Positions 19,464 through 29,631 of a stretch of 49,440 bases of DNA are shown here, in pieces. Location of the stretch: contig JBGAIN010000043.1 of assembly GCA_044225505.1 (NCBI GenBank), positions 1 to 49,440 on the forward strand, read 5' to 3'. Made by a program: the position numbers and the translations under genes. The notes beneath the pieces are model-generated. The model was not told where the DNA came from, ran no database searches, and was given only the letters and a program-made list of their open reading frames with translations. This DNA comes from Limisphaerales bacterium (lineage in GTDB: Bacteria > Verrucomicrobiota > Verrucomicrobiia > Limisphaerales > SIBE01). The stretch's first letter is position 1. Every line of letters begins with the position of its first letter.

Positions 19464-19951
19464 CGGGCGAGGTGCCATCCAGCACCCGACCCTTCCCTGC
19501 GATTTTCTGGCAGCGCCCGAGGTTGAAAGACTCTTGAGCGCTGCCGTGTCGTTTGGAGGCGGGAAGAAGTGAGCTTCGGTATGGGTGGATTTTGGCTTGA
19601 TTGCCTTTGTTGCCGACTTTCGAACGCGTCATCCCGGCTCGGAACCGTTGAAGAGAGGGAGCTTTACGATAAAACGGCTTCCCGCGCCTCCCTCGCTATT
19701 CACCTCCAAAAGGGAATGACAACCGTCGTGTCATGCCACCGTAGGAACGTGGGCAAAGCCAAACAACCGAAATGGCCTTTGGCCCGGAGCCTGGCCAAGC
19801 CTCGACCGATCAGCAATCGCTGATCGTATCGGAACGATCACTGTCCGAGCAGTTAAGGAAGGATTTTGGGAATTGTTTCCATGGCGCCGGAGCGTCAATG
19901 GTTAAGTGAAAGGGCGAGGAGCGGAGTGACGCCCCTGATTCGGACCAACCG

Positions 19952-20049
19952 CGGTGCAACGCTCGTGCAATCACGCTGCAATGCCGCTCACTGACCGGCC
20001 TTGCACCGGCGTTGGACCGGCCTTGCAGCGGCCTTGCACCGGCTTTGCC
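19952..20049. repeat. 11-bp-period repeat array (5x CCGGCCTTGCA-like, preceded by 3 inverted TGCAA units)
   Basis: Units start at 19995, 20006, 20017, 20028, 20039; TGCAA at 19955, 19966, 19977. Confidence 0.8.
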
Positions 20050-20648
20050 TCGAATGCCCGCGGGCGTGACCAAGCGCTGTTACCTTGGAAAGCATCGATT
20101 TGAGTCCGGGGCTCGCCCTTCTTCGTGCAATCAGCAACTGCTGATCGGACTGCAACTAGCTCTTAAACAATCGTTAAGGACCTTATTTGGGAATTTCTGC
20201 CACCCCTTGGCCATCAGCCCAATGCAATCCAGGCCTATCCACCAAGCTTTGCTCCCGATCTGGATGGGGTTGATCCTCGGTAACAAAGATTGGCGGTATC
20301 GTCGAAATCGATGGTCGGTTGAGTTATGAACGAGCCAAGGTGGTCGGGCGCATTGCCCCGGTCACTGACCGACCAGCCGAAGGCCTGTCTGCGCAAGATG
20401 GTGTTGAACAATTCGTCGCCTTGCACGCAAGTAGCTTCGATCCGCGGGAAAAGATGACGCTTGTTTTCTAGGGAGGTGACACGGGTCCGTTAAGGGGAAT
20501 TCGGACTGAGCTTTGCCTTCTGCTCTGGCGCAGCCTCCAGGTGGATGCTTGCCAACGCAATCGTATTGTAGACTTTCGGCGGCAACCAAACAATGCCAGC
20601 GTTTAACATTTGCCGCCCCTTCTTGAAGCAGTATATTGCCACAACAAT

Positions 20649-20689
20649 CCGGACGAGGTGCGCCGTACCCGGTTAAGACAAGACGACGC
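20649..20689 (+). ncRNA. Guanidine-III (ykkC-III) riboswitch
   Basis: CCGGACGAGGTGCGCCGTACCCGGTTAAGACAAGACGACGC closely matches the ykkC-III pattern (CCGG-ACGA-GG..CGCCGT-A-CCCGG..GAC-AAG-ACGGCGC); it sits directly before the GGAG RBS of an SMR gene. Confidence 0.92.
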
Positions 20690-20706
20690 GATGGAGAATC
20701 ATCGTT

Positions 20707-21024
20707 ATGTCTTGGATACTGTTAATCGCTGCCGGATTGCTGGAAGCATGTTGGGCCGTCGGGCTGAAATACACCGACGGGTTTTCGAAACCTCTTCCTT
20801 CACTCCTCGTTGGATCCGCCATTGCAGGGAGTCTCGTCTTGCTGGCCATCGCCGTGCGGGAGTTACCCATTGGGACGGCCTATGCTGTTTGGGTCAGTAT
20901 CGGCGTTATGGGCGCAGCCATGGCTCAACCGCTTCTCTTCGGCCAACCACTTCGACCTGCGCAAATTGTATTCCTGTGCCTGTTGCTGCTGGCGGTGGTG
21001 GGGCTCAAAGTGACATCAAGATGA
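20707..21024 (+). CDS. gdx: Guanidinium exporter Gdx (SugE), SMR family
   Basis: 105 aa, 4 TM, membrane Glu13 in AGLLEACWAVGLKYTDGF, LPIGTAYAVW; preceded by a guanidine riboswitch. Confidence 0.92.
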   Translation: MSWILLIAAGLLEACWAVGLKYTDGFSKPLPSLLVGSAIAGSLVLLAIAVRELPIGTAYAVWVSIGVMGAAMAQPLLFGQPLRPAQIVFLCLLLLAVVGLKVTSR

Positions 21025-21133
21025 GCCTGAAGCCGGATCGGTCGGCTTTCGGCTCGACACGAAATTGCCTCCTTGCCAGTCTCGGACGATTTCACGTGGG
21101 CAAAAACGACTCTGTGGCTGAGTTAGCTGACCA

Positions 21134-21703
21134 ATGAGTGAAGCGACACAGATTCTCGACCGCGCCCAACGCGGCGATCCGAAGGCTGCGGAGGAATTGC
21201 TGCCGCTCGTCTATGACAGTCTCCGCCGCCTGGCCGCGGCAAAGCTGGCGAAAGAATTGCCCGGCCAAACGCTTCAGCCGACCGCCTTGGTTCATGAAGC
21301 GTGGATCCGTCTCGTGGGAAATAGCGCGCCGCCCGCCTGGAACAACCGAGGCCATTTCTTCGCCGCGGCCGCAGAGGCCATGCGGCGGATTCTGGTCGAG
21401 CGGGCTCGCAAGAGAATGTGCGTTCGGCACGGAGGCGAATTGTCGAGAGTAGATCTGGCTCACGTGACTCTGGCGACAGGAGACCAGGATGACACGGTGG
21501 TGGCCATCAACGATTGCCTCGATAAGCTGGCCAAGGTCGATCCCTTGAAAGCGCAGATTGTGAAGCTTCGCTATTTCACTGGAATGGAGCACGCCGAGAT
21601 AGCGGAAGCGTTGGGGATTTCCGAGCCAACCGTAAGGCGGCATTGGGCTTATGCACGCGCTTGGTTGTATACAGAGTTGAAAGAAGACCTGTCGCTGGAT
21701 TGA
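21134..21703 (+). CDS. ECF sigma factor 2 (TIGR02999 / STK-associated type)
   Basis: LLPLVYDSLRRLA, GQTLQPTALVHEAWIRL, FFAAAAEAMRRILVE, ISEPTVRRHWAYARAWL. Confidence 0.95.
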   Translation: MSEATQILDRAQRGDPKAAEELLPLVYDSLRRLAAAKLAKELPGQTLQPTALVHEAWIRLVGNSAPPAWNNRGHFFAAAAEAMRRILVERARKRMCVRHGGELSRVDLAHVTLATGDQDDTVVAINDCLDKLAKVDPLKAQIVKLRYFTGMEHAEIAEALGISEPTVRRHWAYARAWLYTELKEDLSLD

Positions 21704-21729
21704 TCGTTCCGAACGGAGAATTTCGCACT
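21701..21729 (+). promoter_or_regulatory. Putative ECF2 promoter, copy 1 (TGATCGTT-N14-TCGCACT)
   Basis: Overlaps the ECF2 stop codon and precedes kinase 2; the same boxes recur five more times upstream of + strand genes. Confidence 0.75.
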
Positions 21730-21769
21730 TCCAGACAGGCACAAAGGGCCTACCGCGGAACGCCGGCGT

Positions 21770-24700
21770 TTGTCTGTGAACGAGAACCGAGAGAATATTG
21801 AGGAATTCCTGTTTCAGCAGGGGGCAGGGATTGAGTCTGTGGGCGAGCGCCTGGCTTTCCTCGATCGTTCTTGTGGAGGTGACTTTGAGCTTCGTAAGCG
21901 CGTTCTCAACCTTCTTTCAGCCCATTTCAACGGCGAGGGGTTTCTGGAGCAACTGCCTTCACGTCCCAACCCGGAGTTGCCTCCTCCTCAGCTGGGTGAC
22001 CGTTACACCCTGTTAGAAAAACTCGGCGAAGGTGGTTTCGGTGTAGTCTGGCTCGCCGAGCAGCGCCATCCGGTCAAACGCCAGGTCGCCATCAAAATTC
22101 TCAAGTCTGGGATGGACACCAGCCAGGTGGTCGCACGGTTTGCGGTCGAGCGCCAGACGCTCGCATTGATGGACCATCCTTGTATCGCCAAGGTCTTTGA
22201 CGCCGGCTCCAATGACGAAGGACGCCCGTATTTCGTCATGGAACTGGTTCGCGCCCAGCGCATCACCGATTATTGCGCCGACGCTGAGGTGGGCCTGCGC
22301 GAGCGGTTGAGGTTGTTCGTGCAAGTCTGCCAGGCCATTCAACACGCGCATCAGAAGGGGATCATTCACCGCGACATCAAGCCGTCCAACGTCTTGATTA
22401 CCCTTCAGGACGGCGTGGCCGCTCCAAAGGTGATCGACTTTGGGATTGCCAAAGCCACGCAGACGCCGCTCGGTGAGCACACCGTTTACACTCAGTTCCA
22501 CCAGGTGCTCGGCACCCCCGCTTATATCAGCCCGGAGCAGGCGCTGCTCACGAGCGAGGATATTGACACACGCAGCGATATTTATTCGCTCGGTGTGGTC
22601 TTGTACGAACTCCTCGCCGGCAGACCGCCCTTCGATCATCACGAACTGTTGACCGCCGGCCTGGATGAAATGCGCCGAATCATCCGGGAGAAAGAGCCGG
22701 TGCGCCCCTCGACCGCACGCCTTCGACTCGCCCCGCGCCCGGGAGCCAAGGCTCTTTCGCCGGTTGATCCGGATCTGGACTGGATCGTGATGAAGTGCCT
22801 GGAGAAAGAACGCGCGCGCCGCTACCAAACCGCCAACGCCTTGGCCATGGACGTGCAGCGTTACCTGGCGAACGAGCCGATCGTCGCCCGGCCGCCTAGC
22901 GCCACTTACCGAGTTTCCAAGCTGCTCCGCCGAAACCCCATCGTGGCGAGCCTGGTCCTCTTGCTGGCCCTCGCGATCACCACGGCCTTGATTTGGGTCA
23001 CCCAGGCAAAACGAGAATCGGATCGAGCCAACCGCGAGCTCTCCAAAACCGTCCTCTTCCTCGAATCCGAAAAAATGGAGGCGCGCGCGGCGGAAGGGAT
23101 GCGATCGGCGCCGATGGCCTGGCTCGCCGCCCGCTTGCGGTCCAATCCCAACGATTGGGCCGCCGCCGCCCGCCTGCTTTCGATGTTCAGCCAGCGCAGT
23201 TTTGCCCTGCCCGTGCTCCCTCCGCTGCAACACGAAACCAAGGTTTTCTCGGCGTTTTTTTCACCCGACGAGACCGAAATCGTGACGGTGTCCGACGACG
23301 ACAAAGTCCGGTTTTGGGACGCCGGCAGCGGCAAGTTCCGGCGCGCCCTCACGCAACCGGTCAGTGTCGCCCAGGCGGTTTATGCCGCCGGGGGGAAGCG
23401 CCTGGTGGTGAACGGTCGCGACAGGGTGGCACGGGTCTATGATACGAAAAGCAATGCGCTGGTCTTTGAAGCCCCGGCCTTGCTTAATCCAACGGCATTC
23501 TGTGTCGAAGGTGGCACGGGGCAGTGGCTCATGGCTGTCCAAACTAATCGCACGATTTCCCGCTGGAACCTGGAAACCGGAGCGAAACTTGATCCGCCCC
23601 TGACCTTTCCAGCCGATATCAAGCAAAGTGATTACTCAAACGTGCGAGGGTGTTGGGCGGTGATCTGCGACGACAACACCCTGCACCTTCGCAACGTAGG
23701 GACAGGCCAGCCGCTGATGCCGCCGTTCCATGCTTCGGCGCGGCTGAACATCCCCCGGTTTACGCCGGACGGGCAGCGCCTGCTGGTCTCGCTCGACGGC
23801 GGGCGGAAACTGTTAGCCTGGGACCTGGCTAAAGGCGGTGAGCCCTCCAAACTTTCGATTCCCGAACCGGCCCGCGCCGGTCCGCTGGAGTTCCTGCCGG
23901 GCGGGCAGAAGCTGCTCGTTTGGGATTGGGGTACGCCGGCCTGTATCTTGGACGTGGCAACGATGAAAATCGCTGGAAGCCCCATGGATTGCGGGATTCA
24001 CGCCGGCTACCATTTCAGCCATAGCGGCCGCCTGGCCGCCTCTTTTGGAGCCAACGGGAGTTCACTGCTCTTGGATCTGGAAACGTCTCAAGGCGTGCTC
24101 GAGCCGATCCAACACGACGGTCGCGTGCATTCTGCCCGCTTCACACGCGATGATACACGGTTGCTGACCGGTTCGGTCGATGGCGCCGTCCGCCTTTGGG
24201 ATGTGCGCATGCGGAGCCCCGTCAGCCCGGCCTTGCCACGCATCCAACGGGGCGGAGCGGCGGCTTTCAGCCACTCAGGCCGGCACCTGCTTTTCAGCCT
24301 GGAAGAAAACGGGGTCCAGGTCTGCGACGCGGAAACAGCGCAACCGACCGGTCCGGTGCTTCGGCATCCGAACGACAGCCCACACCCAGCGGGAATGCGT
24401 GAGGCCTGGTTTTCTCCGGATGATCAACAGATTCTGACGGTCGGGCACCGCGACATGCTGCGGCTTTGGGACGCGACCACCTTCAAGCTGCAACGCGAAA
24501 TCCCGGTGGGGCGATCCATGAATCTAGCCCGCTTCTCCCCGGATGGACGCCTTATTGCGGCGGGCAGCGGGGACGGCTTTGCCCAGGTCTGGGACGCCCG
24601 AACGGGAGAGAAGTTGGCGGACCTTTCGCACAACGGCAACGAAGTCGTCTACCTCGACTTTCATCCGAATGGCCGTCGTTTGCTCACCGCAGCGGTGGAT

Positions 24701-25447
24701 GGCGTTGCCCGTTGCTGGACCTTGCCGGAGGGAAAGCCGGCTTTGTCAACTTTCCGCCACCGAGGCCTGGTTTGGAGCACCCATTTCAGTCCGGATGGGA
24801 GGCGCATCGTGACGGCCTCAGCAGACAACACCGCCCGGATTTGGGATGCCCAAACCGGGCAGCCGTTGTTCAAGCCGTTGCGACACACCAAACAAGTTTT
24901 CTTCGCCAACTTCAGCCATGATGGGCGCCGCGTGGTGACCGCCTCGGACGACGGCACCGCTCGAATCTGGGACGCTCAAACAGGCGACCCGGTCACGCCT
25001 TTTCTCCGTCACGGCGCGAGCGTATGGCAGGCCGCATTTTCGCCTGACGACCGAATCCTGGCCACGGGCTGCATCGATCGCTATGCTCGGCTTTGGGACG
25101 CCGAAACAGGCTTGCCGATCAGCGAACCCTTGCTCAACGAAGGGCCTCTCGGCCGGCTCAGCTTTAGTCGGGATGGGCGCCGCCTTCTGACCCTGGGGGG
25201 GCAGCCGCACCTTTGGGATATCCTCCAGCCGCCGACGGGTGTCCCAGCGTGGTTTTGCGATCTCATGGAAGCAGTCGCCGGCTACAAACAAACCGAGTCC
25301 GGCGAGTTGACGCTGGCGGGTCCGGAAGCGATCGCGGCCGTCCGGCAGCGGGTCATCACCCAGGAACCGCACGACTTTTACTCGCGTTGGGCCAAGTGGT
25401 TCTTGGTAGATCGCCTGCAGGTGCGGCCACCGCCATTCACGCGCTGA
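21770..25447 (+). CDS. Membrane Ser/Thr kinase 2 with WD40 repeats
   Basis: GEGGFGVVW, VAIK, HRDIKPSN, DFGIAKA, GTPAYISPEQ; TM IVASLVLLLALAITTALIWV; many PL.H...FSPDG...WD repeats, with the first propeller more degenerate. Confidence 0.95.
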   Translation: MSVNENRENIEEFLFQQGAGIESVGERLAFLDRSCGGDFELRKRVLNLLSAHFNGEGFLEQLPSRPNPELPPPQLGDRYTLLEKLGEGGFGVVWLAEQRHPVKRQVAIKILKSGMDTSQVVARFAVERQTLALMDHPCIAKVFDAGSNDEGRPYFVMELVRAQRITDYCADAEVGLRERLRLFVQVCQAIQHAHQKGIIHRDIKPSNVLITLQDGVAAPKVIDFGIAKATQTPLGEHTVYTQFHQVLGTPAYISPEQALLTSEDIDTRSDIYSLGVVLYELLAGRPPFDHHELLTAGLDEMRRIIREKEPVRPSTARLRLAPRPGAKALSPVDPDLDWIVMKCLEKERARRYQTANALAMDVQRYLANEPIVARPPSATYRVSKLLRRNPIVASLVLLLALAITTALIWVTQAKRESDRANRELSKTVLFLESEKMEARAAEGMRSAPMAWLAARLRSNPNDWAAAARLLSMFSQRSFALPVLPPLQHETKVFSAFFSPDETEIVTVSDDDKVRFWDAGSGKFRRALTQPVSVAQAVYAAGGKRLVVNGRDRVARVYDTKSNALVFEAPALLNPTAFCVEGGTGQWLMAVQTNRTISRWNLETGAKLDPPLTFPADIKQSDYSNVRGCWAVICDDNTLHLRNVGTGQPLMPPFHASARLNIPRFTPDGQRLLVSLDGGRKLLAWDLAKGGEPSKLSIPEPARAGPLEFLPGGQKLLVWDWGTPACILDVATMKIAGSPMDCGIHAGYHFSHSGRLAASFGANGSSLLLDLETSQGVLEPIQHDGRVHSARFTRDDTRLLTGSVDGAVRLWDVRMRSPVSPALPRIQRGGAAAFSHSGRHLLFSLEENGVQVCDAETAQPTGPVLRHPNDSPHPAGMREAWFSPDDQQILTVGHRDMLRLWDATTFKLQREIPVGRSMNLARFSPDGRLIAAGSGDGFAQVWDARTGEKLADLSHNGNEVVYLDFHPNGRRLLTAAVDGVARCWTLPEGKPALSTFRHRGLVWSTHFSPDGRRIVTASADNTARIWDAQTGQPLFKPLRHTKQVFFANFSHDGRRVVTASDDGTARIWDAQTGDPVTPFLRHGASVWQAAFSPDDRILATGCIDRYARLWDAETGLPISEPLLNEGPLGRLSFSRDGRRLLTLGGQPHLWDILQPPTGVPAWFCDLMEAVAGYKQTESGELTLAGPEAIAAVRQRVITQEPHDFYSRWAKWFLVDRLQVRPPPFTR

Positions 25448-25542
25448 GAACGGCCTGGATAGGCGGTTGTTTTCATGCGGAATGACCTTCGCGTTCTGAT
25501 TTGTTACCTGATTTACAGATTAAAGATCATTTTTAGGTCGCT

Positions 25543-25571
25543 TGATCGTTTTACGATCGAAACCTCGCACT
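25543..25571 (+). promoter_or_regulatory. Putative ECF2 promoter, copy 2
   Basis: TGATCGTT-ttacgatcgaaacc-TCGCACT upstream of the delta-60 gene. Confidence 0.72.
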
Positions 25572-25791
25572 CTAGTGATGAAGCCAGTTCTCGATTGGAA
25601 TCGACGCTCGAATGAACTTGGCGGCGGCCTGGCTGAGGGTTCAGCGGCAGGTCAACCCGACCGCAGCGGCGTGGGACCGCCGCAGTGCCTGTGGATGCAG
25701 TTTGGATCTATGAAACCAGTTACGTCTTCACTTCAATGCCCGCGACTGAGGTTTCTCGCAGCAAGAAGTTAGAGGCAGAGAGCTGACTGTT

Positions 25792-28224
25792 TTGACGAGC
25801 AACGACACTGTGAACAGGCATCGGAAATCAATCCTACGCTCCTGGTTTTGCCAGACAACAGCTGCGTGCATTCTGACTGCCGTGTCGGTCGCGAGCTTCG
25901 CTGGCCCGGTCGATCCACATTTCCACGTCCAGGTCGCTTCTGGTGGCGGGACACTGTCCGCCGGGGTCGAATTGAGTGACGGCAAGATTCTAGTCGCGGG
26001 CGGTTTTCAGATGGTCGACGGCATAAACCGCCCAGCGCTGGTGCGCCTTCACGCCGACGGAACCCTGGATGACAGCTTCACTTTCAACGGCACATTGCCA
26101 TTCGGCGAAGCTAACCTCGGAAAACTGCTCCTGGCTCGGCAGTCGGATGATTCAGCAATCATTTGCGCTATCGAACAGAGTGCACCCGGTCCTTTCAGCA
26201 GTTTCACAAGCACTCTTCTGAAAATACGGCCGACGGGTGAGATTGACACCACTTTCGGGACTATCACTGTCGCCGGGAGGATCAGTTGCCTCGCCGTTCA
26301 GAGTGACGACGCCATTCTGATCAGCGGCGGCTTCTTAGAAGTGGGCACCACAGCGCGCAAAGGAATCGCGAGACTCAGTTCTAAGGGAGACGTAGACCAG
26401 GGGTTCGATCCCGGCCCAGGATTCGAGATGGGACCAGAATACGCGGGTTCGGCGTGGATTTCGTTCATCTTACCACAACCCGATGGGAAGCTGTTGATGT
26501 CCGGCCGCTTTAGTAAAGTCCACGGCGCGCCCCGCAATGGCGTCGTCCGACTTCACGCGGACGGTTCGTTAGACGAGAGCTTGGTTCCGATAGATCTTGA
26601 GCATCAGCCGTTTCCTCCGCTTATCATCACCGCAATCCGACCGCCGCCAGCGACAATCAGTGGTGGTTCCGGGTCATACTTCAACGTCCGTTCGCTGGCC
26701 CTAGACTCCAATGGCAAAATCATTGTCGGCATTAATCCGATCGGTTCGGGTTCGGGTGCTGAGTTGCAGTACGGGCGAGTGGCGCGGTTGCTCCCGGACG
26801 GGTCGCTCGACACGACGTTTCAGTCCCCCATCAGCGGTTATGCTTCTTCGATCTTTCCTCAGCCGGACGGCACGATCCTGGTCGTTTCCGGGGAATCCTT
26901 TTATACGCCTGGTCAGGCTGCCCCGGCTAAAGTCGCAAGGCTGCTTCCTGACGGCGAGGTTGACCCCTCTTACCTGTGGGGCGGGGCGGGCTTTCCCTCC
27001 GCACGCGACCATAGTTCCATCGAGCTCGCACAGGCCGGAGGGAAGGTGATCGTGGGGAGCTGCCGTCTTAAGGCGGACGGCACGCAGGATGAAACGTTTC
27101 CAATATTCGGCCAAAAGGGAGAGGTTTGGTCTGCTTTACCCCTCGACGGCGGCGAGAGCCTGGTGGCTGGCGCATTCCATTTGATCAACGGCGTCCGGCG
27201 GACTGCCCTCGCCCTCCTGCGCGCGGACGCCACCGTGGATTTGTCATTCCGGCCAGAGTTGGCTTACTCCACCTCGGTCACAGACCTCATTCGACAACCC
27301 GACGGCAAGATCCTCTTTCGCGCGTTCGTTCGCGATGACGAGACGTTGAACACCAAACTCCTCCTCATCCGCTTGAACTCGGATGGCTCCGAGGACAACA
27401 GCTTTCATCCGCCCGCCAACCTGGGGCTAACCAGCCCCGGGTTGCTTCCAGGATTCTTTTTGTTGAGCTTGCAAAGTGACGGAAAGGCAGTGGTCGCGTC
27501 AGGGGGCAAAATGACGCGGCTGAACATCGATGGTTCGATTGATTCTTCATTTCAGGCGCCGGTTGTGAACTTATCCATAAAGACCTTGAAGATCGCTCCA
27601 GACGACAAGGTCCTGATCAGCGGCTCTTTTAATAGAGTTGATGGCGTCCCTCGCGCAAACCTGGCACGGCTCCAACGGGACGGAAGCTTGGATCCATCCT
27701 TCTATTCTGGGACTGTTCAGGAGGATTCTATCGAAGCCGTTGCCCCGCTGGCGGACGGGAGAATTCTAATCGGCGGCCACTTCGATCATTTTGCTTCAAG
27801 ACCTCGCAATGGTTTGGCCGCGCTGAATGCGGATGGCTCAATCGACCTCTCTTTCAACCTATCTTTGGAGGCGGGGACCCGCATCGCCAAGATCCACGCT
27901 GGTGCTGACGGCAGCATCCTTCTCCAAGGAAGCTTTTCGAAGATTGGCGGATTTCCTGTCACGAATCTTGCCCGAATGTATCTGTCTTCGAATCAGGTTC
28001 GCCCGGTTTTCACGCTTCCGGCACTCACCTCAGGCGGGCCTGTCAACCTCACCTTGAAAGGAGAGCCAGATCGCCCATACACAATCGAATCCTCTAGCGA
28101 TCTGGTCCACTGGAAGCAGGTCGCTTCAAAGCAGGAAACCAATGGGATCATCCCGCTCGGCTTCTCGGCGGCAGACTTCCCCCAGTTGTTCTTCCGGAGC
28201 AAGGATACTAACGGCGAGCCCTAA
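25792..28224 (+). CDS. Secreted delta-60 (TIGR02608/DUF5122) repeat beta-propeller protein
   Basis: Signal-like AACILTAVSVASFA; repeated QPDGKILV.G.F...RL..DGSLD.SF; C-terminal LTLKGEPDRPYTIESSSDLVHW..FFRS module. Start TTG 25792 or GTG 25810. Confidence 0.9.
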   Translation: MTSNDTVNRHRKSILRSWFCQTTAACILTAVSVASFAGPVDPHFHVQVASGGGTLSAGVELSDGKILVAGGFQMVDGINRPALVRLHADGTLDDSFTFNGTLPFGEANLGKLLLARQSDDSAIICAIEQSAPGPFSSFTSTLLKIRPTGEIDTTFGTITVAGRISCLAVQSDDAILISGGFLEVGTTARKGIARLSSKGDVDQGFDPGPGFEMGPEYAGSAWISFILPQPDGKLLMSGRFSKVHGAPRNGVVRLHADGSLDESLVPIDLEHQPFPPLIITAIRPPPATISGGSGSYFNVRSLALDSNGKIIVGINPIGSGSGAELQYGRVARLLPDGSLDTTFQSPISGYASSIFPQPDGTILVVSGESFYTPGQAAPAKVARLLPDGEVDPSYLWGGAGFPSARDHSSIELAQAGGKVIVGSCRLKADGTQDETFPIFGQKGEVWSALPLDGGESLVAGAFHLINGVRRTALALLRADATVDLSFRPELAYSTSVTDLIRQPDGKILFRAFVRDDETLNTKLLLIRLNSDGSEDNSFHPPANLGLTSPGLLPGFFLLSLQSDGKAVVASGGKMTRLNIDGSIDSSFQAPVVNLSIKTLKIAPDDKVLISGSFNRVDGVPRANLARLQRDGSLDPSFYSGTVQEDSIEAVAPLADGRILIGGHFDHFASRPRNGLAALNADGSIDLSFNLSLEAGTRIAKIHAGADGSILLQGSFSKIGGFPVTNLARMYLSSNQVRPVFTLPALTSGGPVNLTLKGEPDRPYTIESSSDLVHWKQVASKQETNGIIPLGFSAADFPQLFFRSKDTNGEP

Positions 28225-28254
28225 CCACGCTCCTCCTGGATTTACCGCAGTCAA

Positions 28255-29631
28255 ATGATGAACCCATCCCAAAGACCGACGCACGCAGACGCACCCTCTC
28301 TTAATCGGCGTCACTTCCTTTTCCAATCAGCCATCGCAGCCACAACGGCATTTGCTACCGTTCCAAAGGCCGCTTCGGCAGAGCTTGAACCTTACCGCGA
28401 CTCGAGGAGGCGCAGCAGCCCACCAAGTTGGGATGAGGTTCGCAAGGAGTTCAATCTCGCACCCGATCTCGTTCATCTCTCGTCCTTTTTTCTAGCGTCC
28501 CACCCTCGGCAGGTCCGGGAGGCGATCGCACGTTATCGGGAGGCGATCGACGCTGACCCCGTTCATGCGGTGCATGCGGGCTGTTGGGGTGAAAACGGCC
28601 CAAATCTGACAGAGCGGGTAAAAAGGGCCGCCGCCGACTATATCGGAGGCCGCTTCCAAGATGTGACTCTGACCCAAAGCACCACCATGGGACTTGCCCT
28701 GGCGTATTGGGGAGTGCCGTTGAGATCCGGAGACGAGATCTTAACAACCACGCATGAGCATCAGGCGCATGATGATACAATACGCATTGTCGCTAAGCGT
28801 GCCGGGGCGACCATCCGCAAGATCAAGCTCTACGATCGACTGGAAGACCTTCCGTCGATCACCGAGTCTGAAATCGTCGACCGGATTCAACGAGCCCTAA
28901 CGCCGTCGACCCGGTGCGTTGGGCTGACCTGGGTCCATTCGTCCAGCGGCCTGCGCCTGCCCATTCGGTCTATTGCCGCCGCCATTCGCCAGAGAGCTCC
29001 GAACGCGTTGATCATTGTCGATGGCGTTCACGGCTTTGGCGTTGTCGACGCATCGGTCGCAGACCTGGGGATCGATGTCTTCGTTGCCGGAACCCACAAA
29101 TGGATTCTTGGGCCGCGCGGCACGGGGATCGTGTGGGCGCAAGAAGCGGCTTGGTCCGCGCTGGAGCCCTTCATGCAAACCAATGACGGCGATGAACCTT
29201 GGAAAGCCTGGCTGGCTGGCCGCTCGCCAACACCTCCCGCGCGCGCAGACTGGTTCACCCCGGGCGGCTTTAAGGCTTTCGAGTACGAATGGGCAGCGGC
29301 CGACGCCTTCGAATTTCACCGTTCCATTGGCCGCCAGCGGGTCGCCGATCGCATCACCTCCTTGAATACCAGGCTCAAAGATGGCCTAGCCGAAATGCGC
29401 CACGTCAAACTCTGGACCCCTCGAAATCCCCGTCTTTCCGCCGGGTTGGTTGGATTCGACATCGCTGGCCTAACGGCAGAACAGGCGCAAGAACGGCTCT
29501 GGGCTCACAAGATCGTCGCGACCGCCAGCCCTTACGCCCGGCCCGTGGCAAGACTCGCGGCGGGGATCATGAACAACGAAGACGACATCGAGAAGGCGCT
29601 CCGGGCTGTGAGAAAGTTGGCCGCCGCTTAG
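28255..29631 (+). CDS. Tat-exported PLP-dependent class V aminotransferase-fold enzyme (PvdN-like)
   Basis: Twin-arginine LNRRHFL signal; FFLASHPRQVREAI, IVDGVHGFG, PLP-Lys motif GTHKWILGPRGTG. Confidence 0.88.
   Translation: MMNPSQRPTHADAPSLNRRHFLFQSAIAATTAFATVPKAASAELEPYRDSRRRSSPPSWDEVRKEFNLAPDLVHLSSFFLASHPRQVREAIARYREAIDADPVHAVHAGCWGENGPNLTERVKRAAADYIGGRFQDVTLTQSTTMGLALAYWGVPLRSGDEILTTTHEHQAHDDTIRIVAKRAGATIRKIKLYDRLEDLPSITESEIVDRIQRALTPSTRCVGLTWVHSSSGLRLPIRSIAAAIRQRAPNALIIVDGVHGFGVVDASVADLGIDVFVAGTHKWILGPRGTGIVWAQEAAWSALEPFMQTNDGDEPWKAWLAGRSPTPPARADWFTPGGFKAFEYEWAAADAFEFHRSIGRQRVADRITSLNTRLKDGLAEMRHVKLWTPRNPRLSAGLVGFDIAGLTAEQAQERLWAHKIVATASPYARPVARLAAGIMNNEDDIEKALRAVRKLAAA

Noticed and set aside
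20461..20510. TTTTCTAGGG start resembling a guanidine-I (ykkC) riboswitch
   Set aside because: The rest of that consensus is absent; the real element is the class III motif at 20649-20689.
25578..25772. Short ORF immediately after promoter copy 2 (MKPV occurs twice)
   Set aside because: Could be a leader peptide or remnant, but there is no supporting homology.
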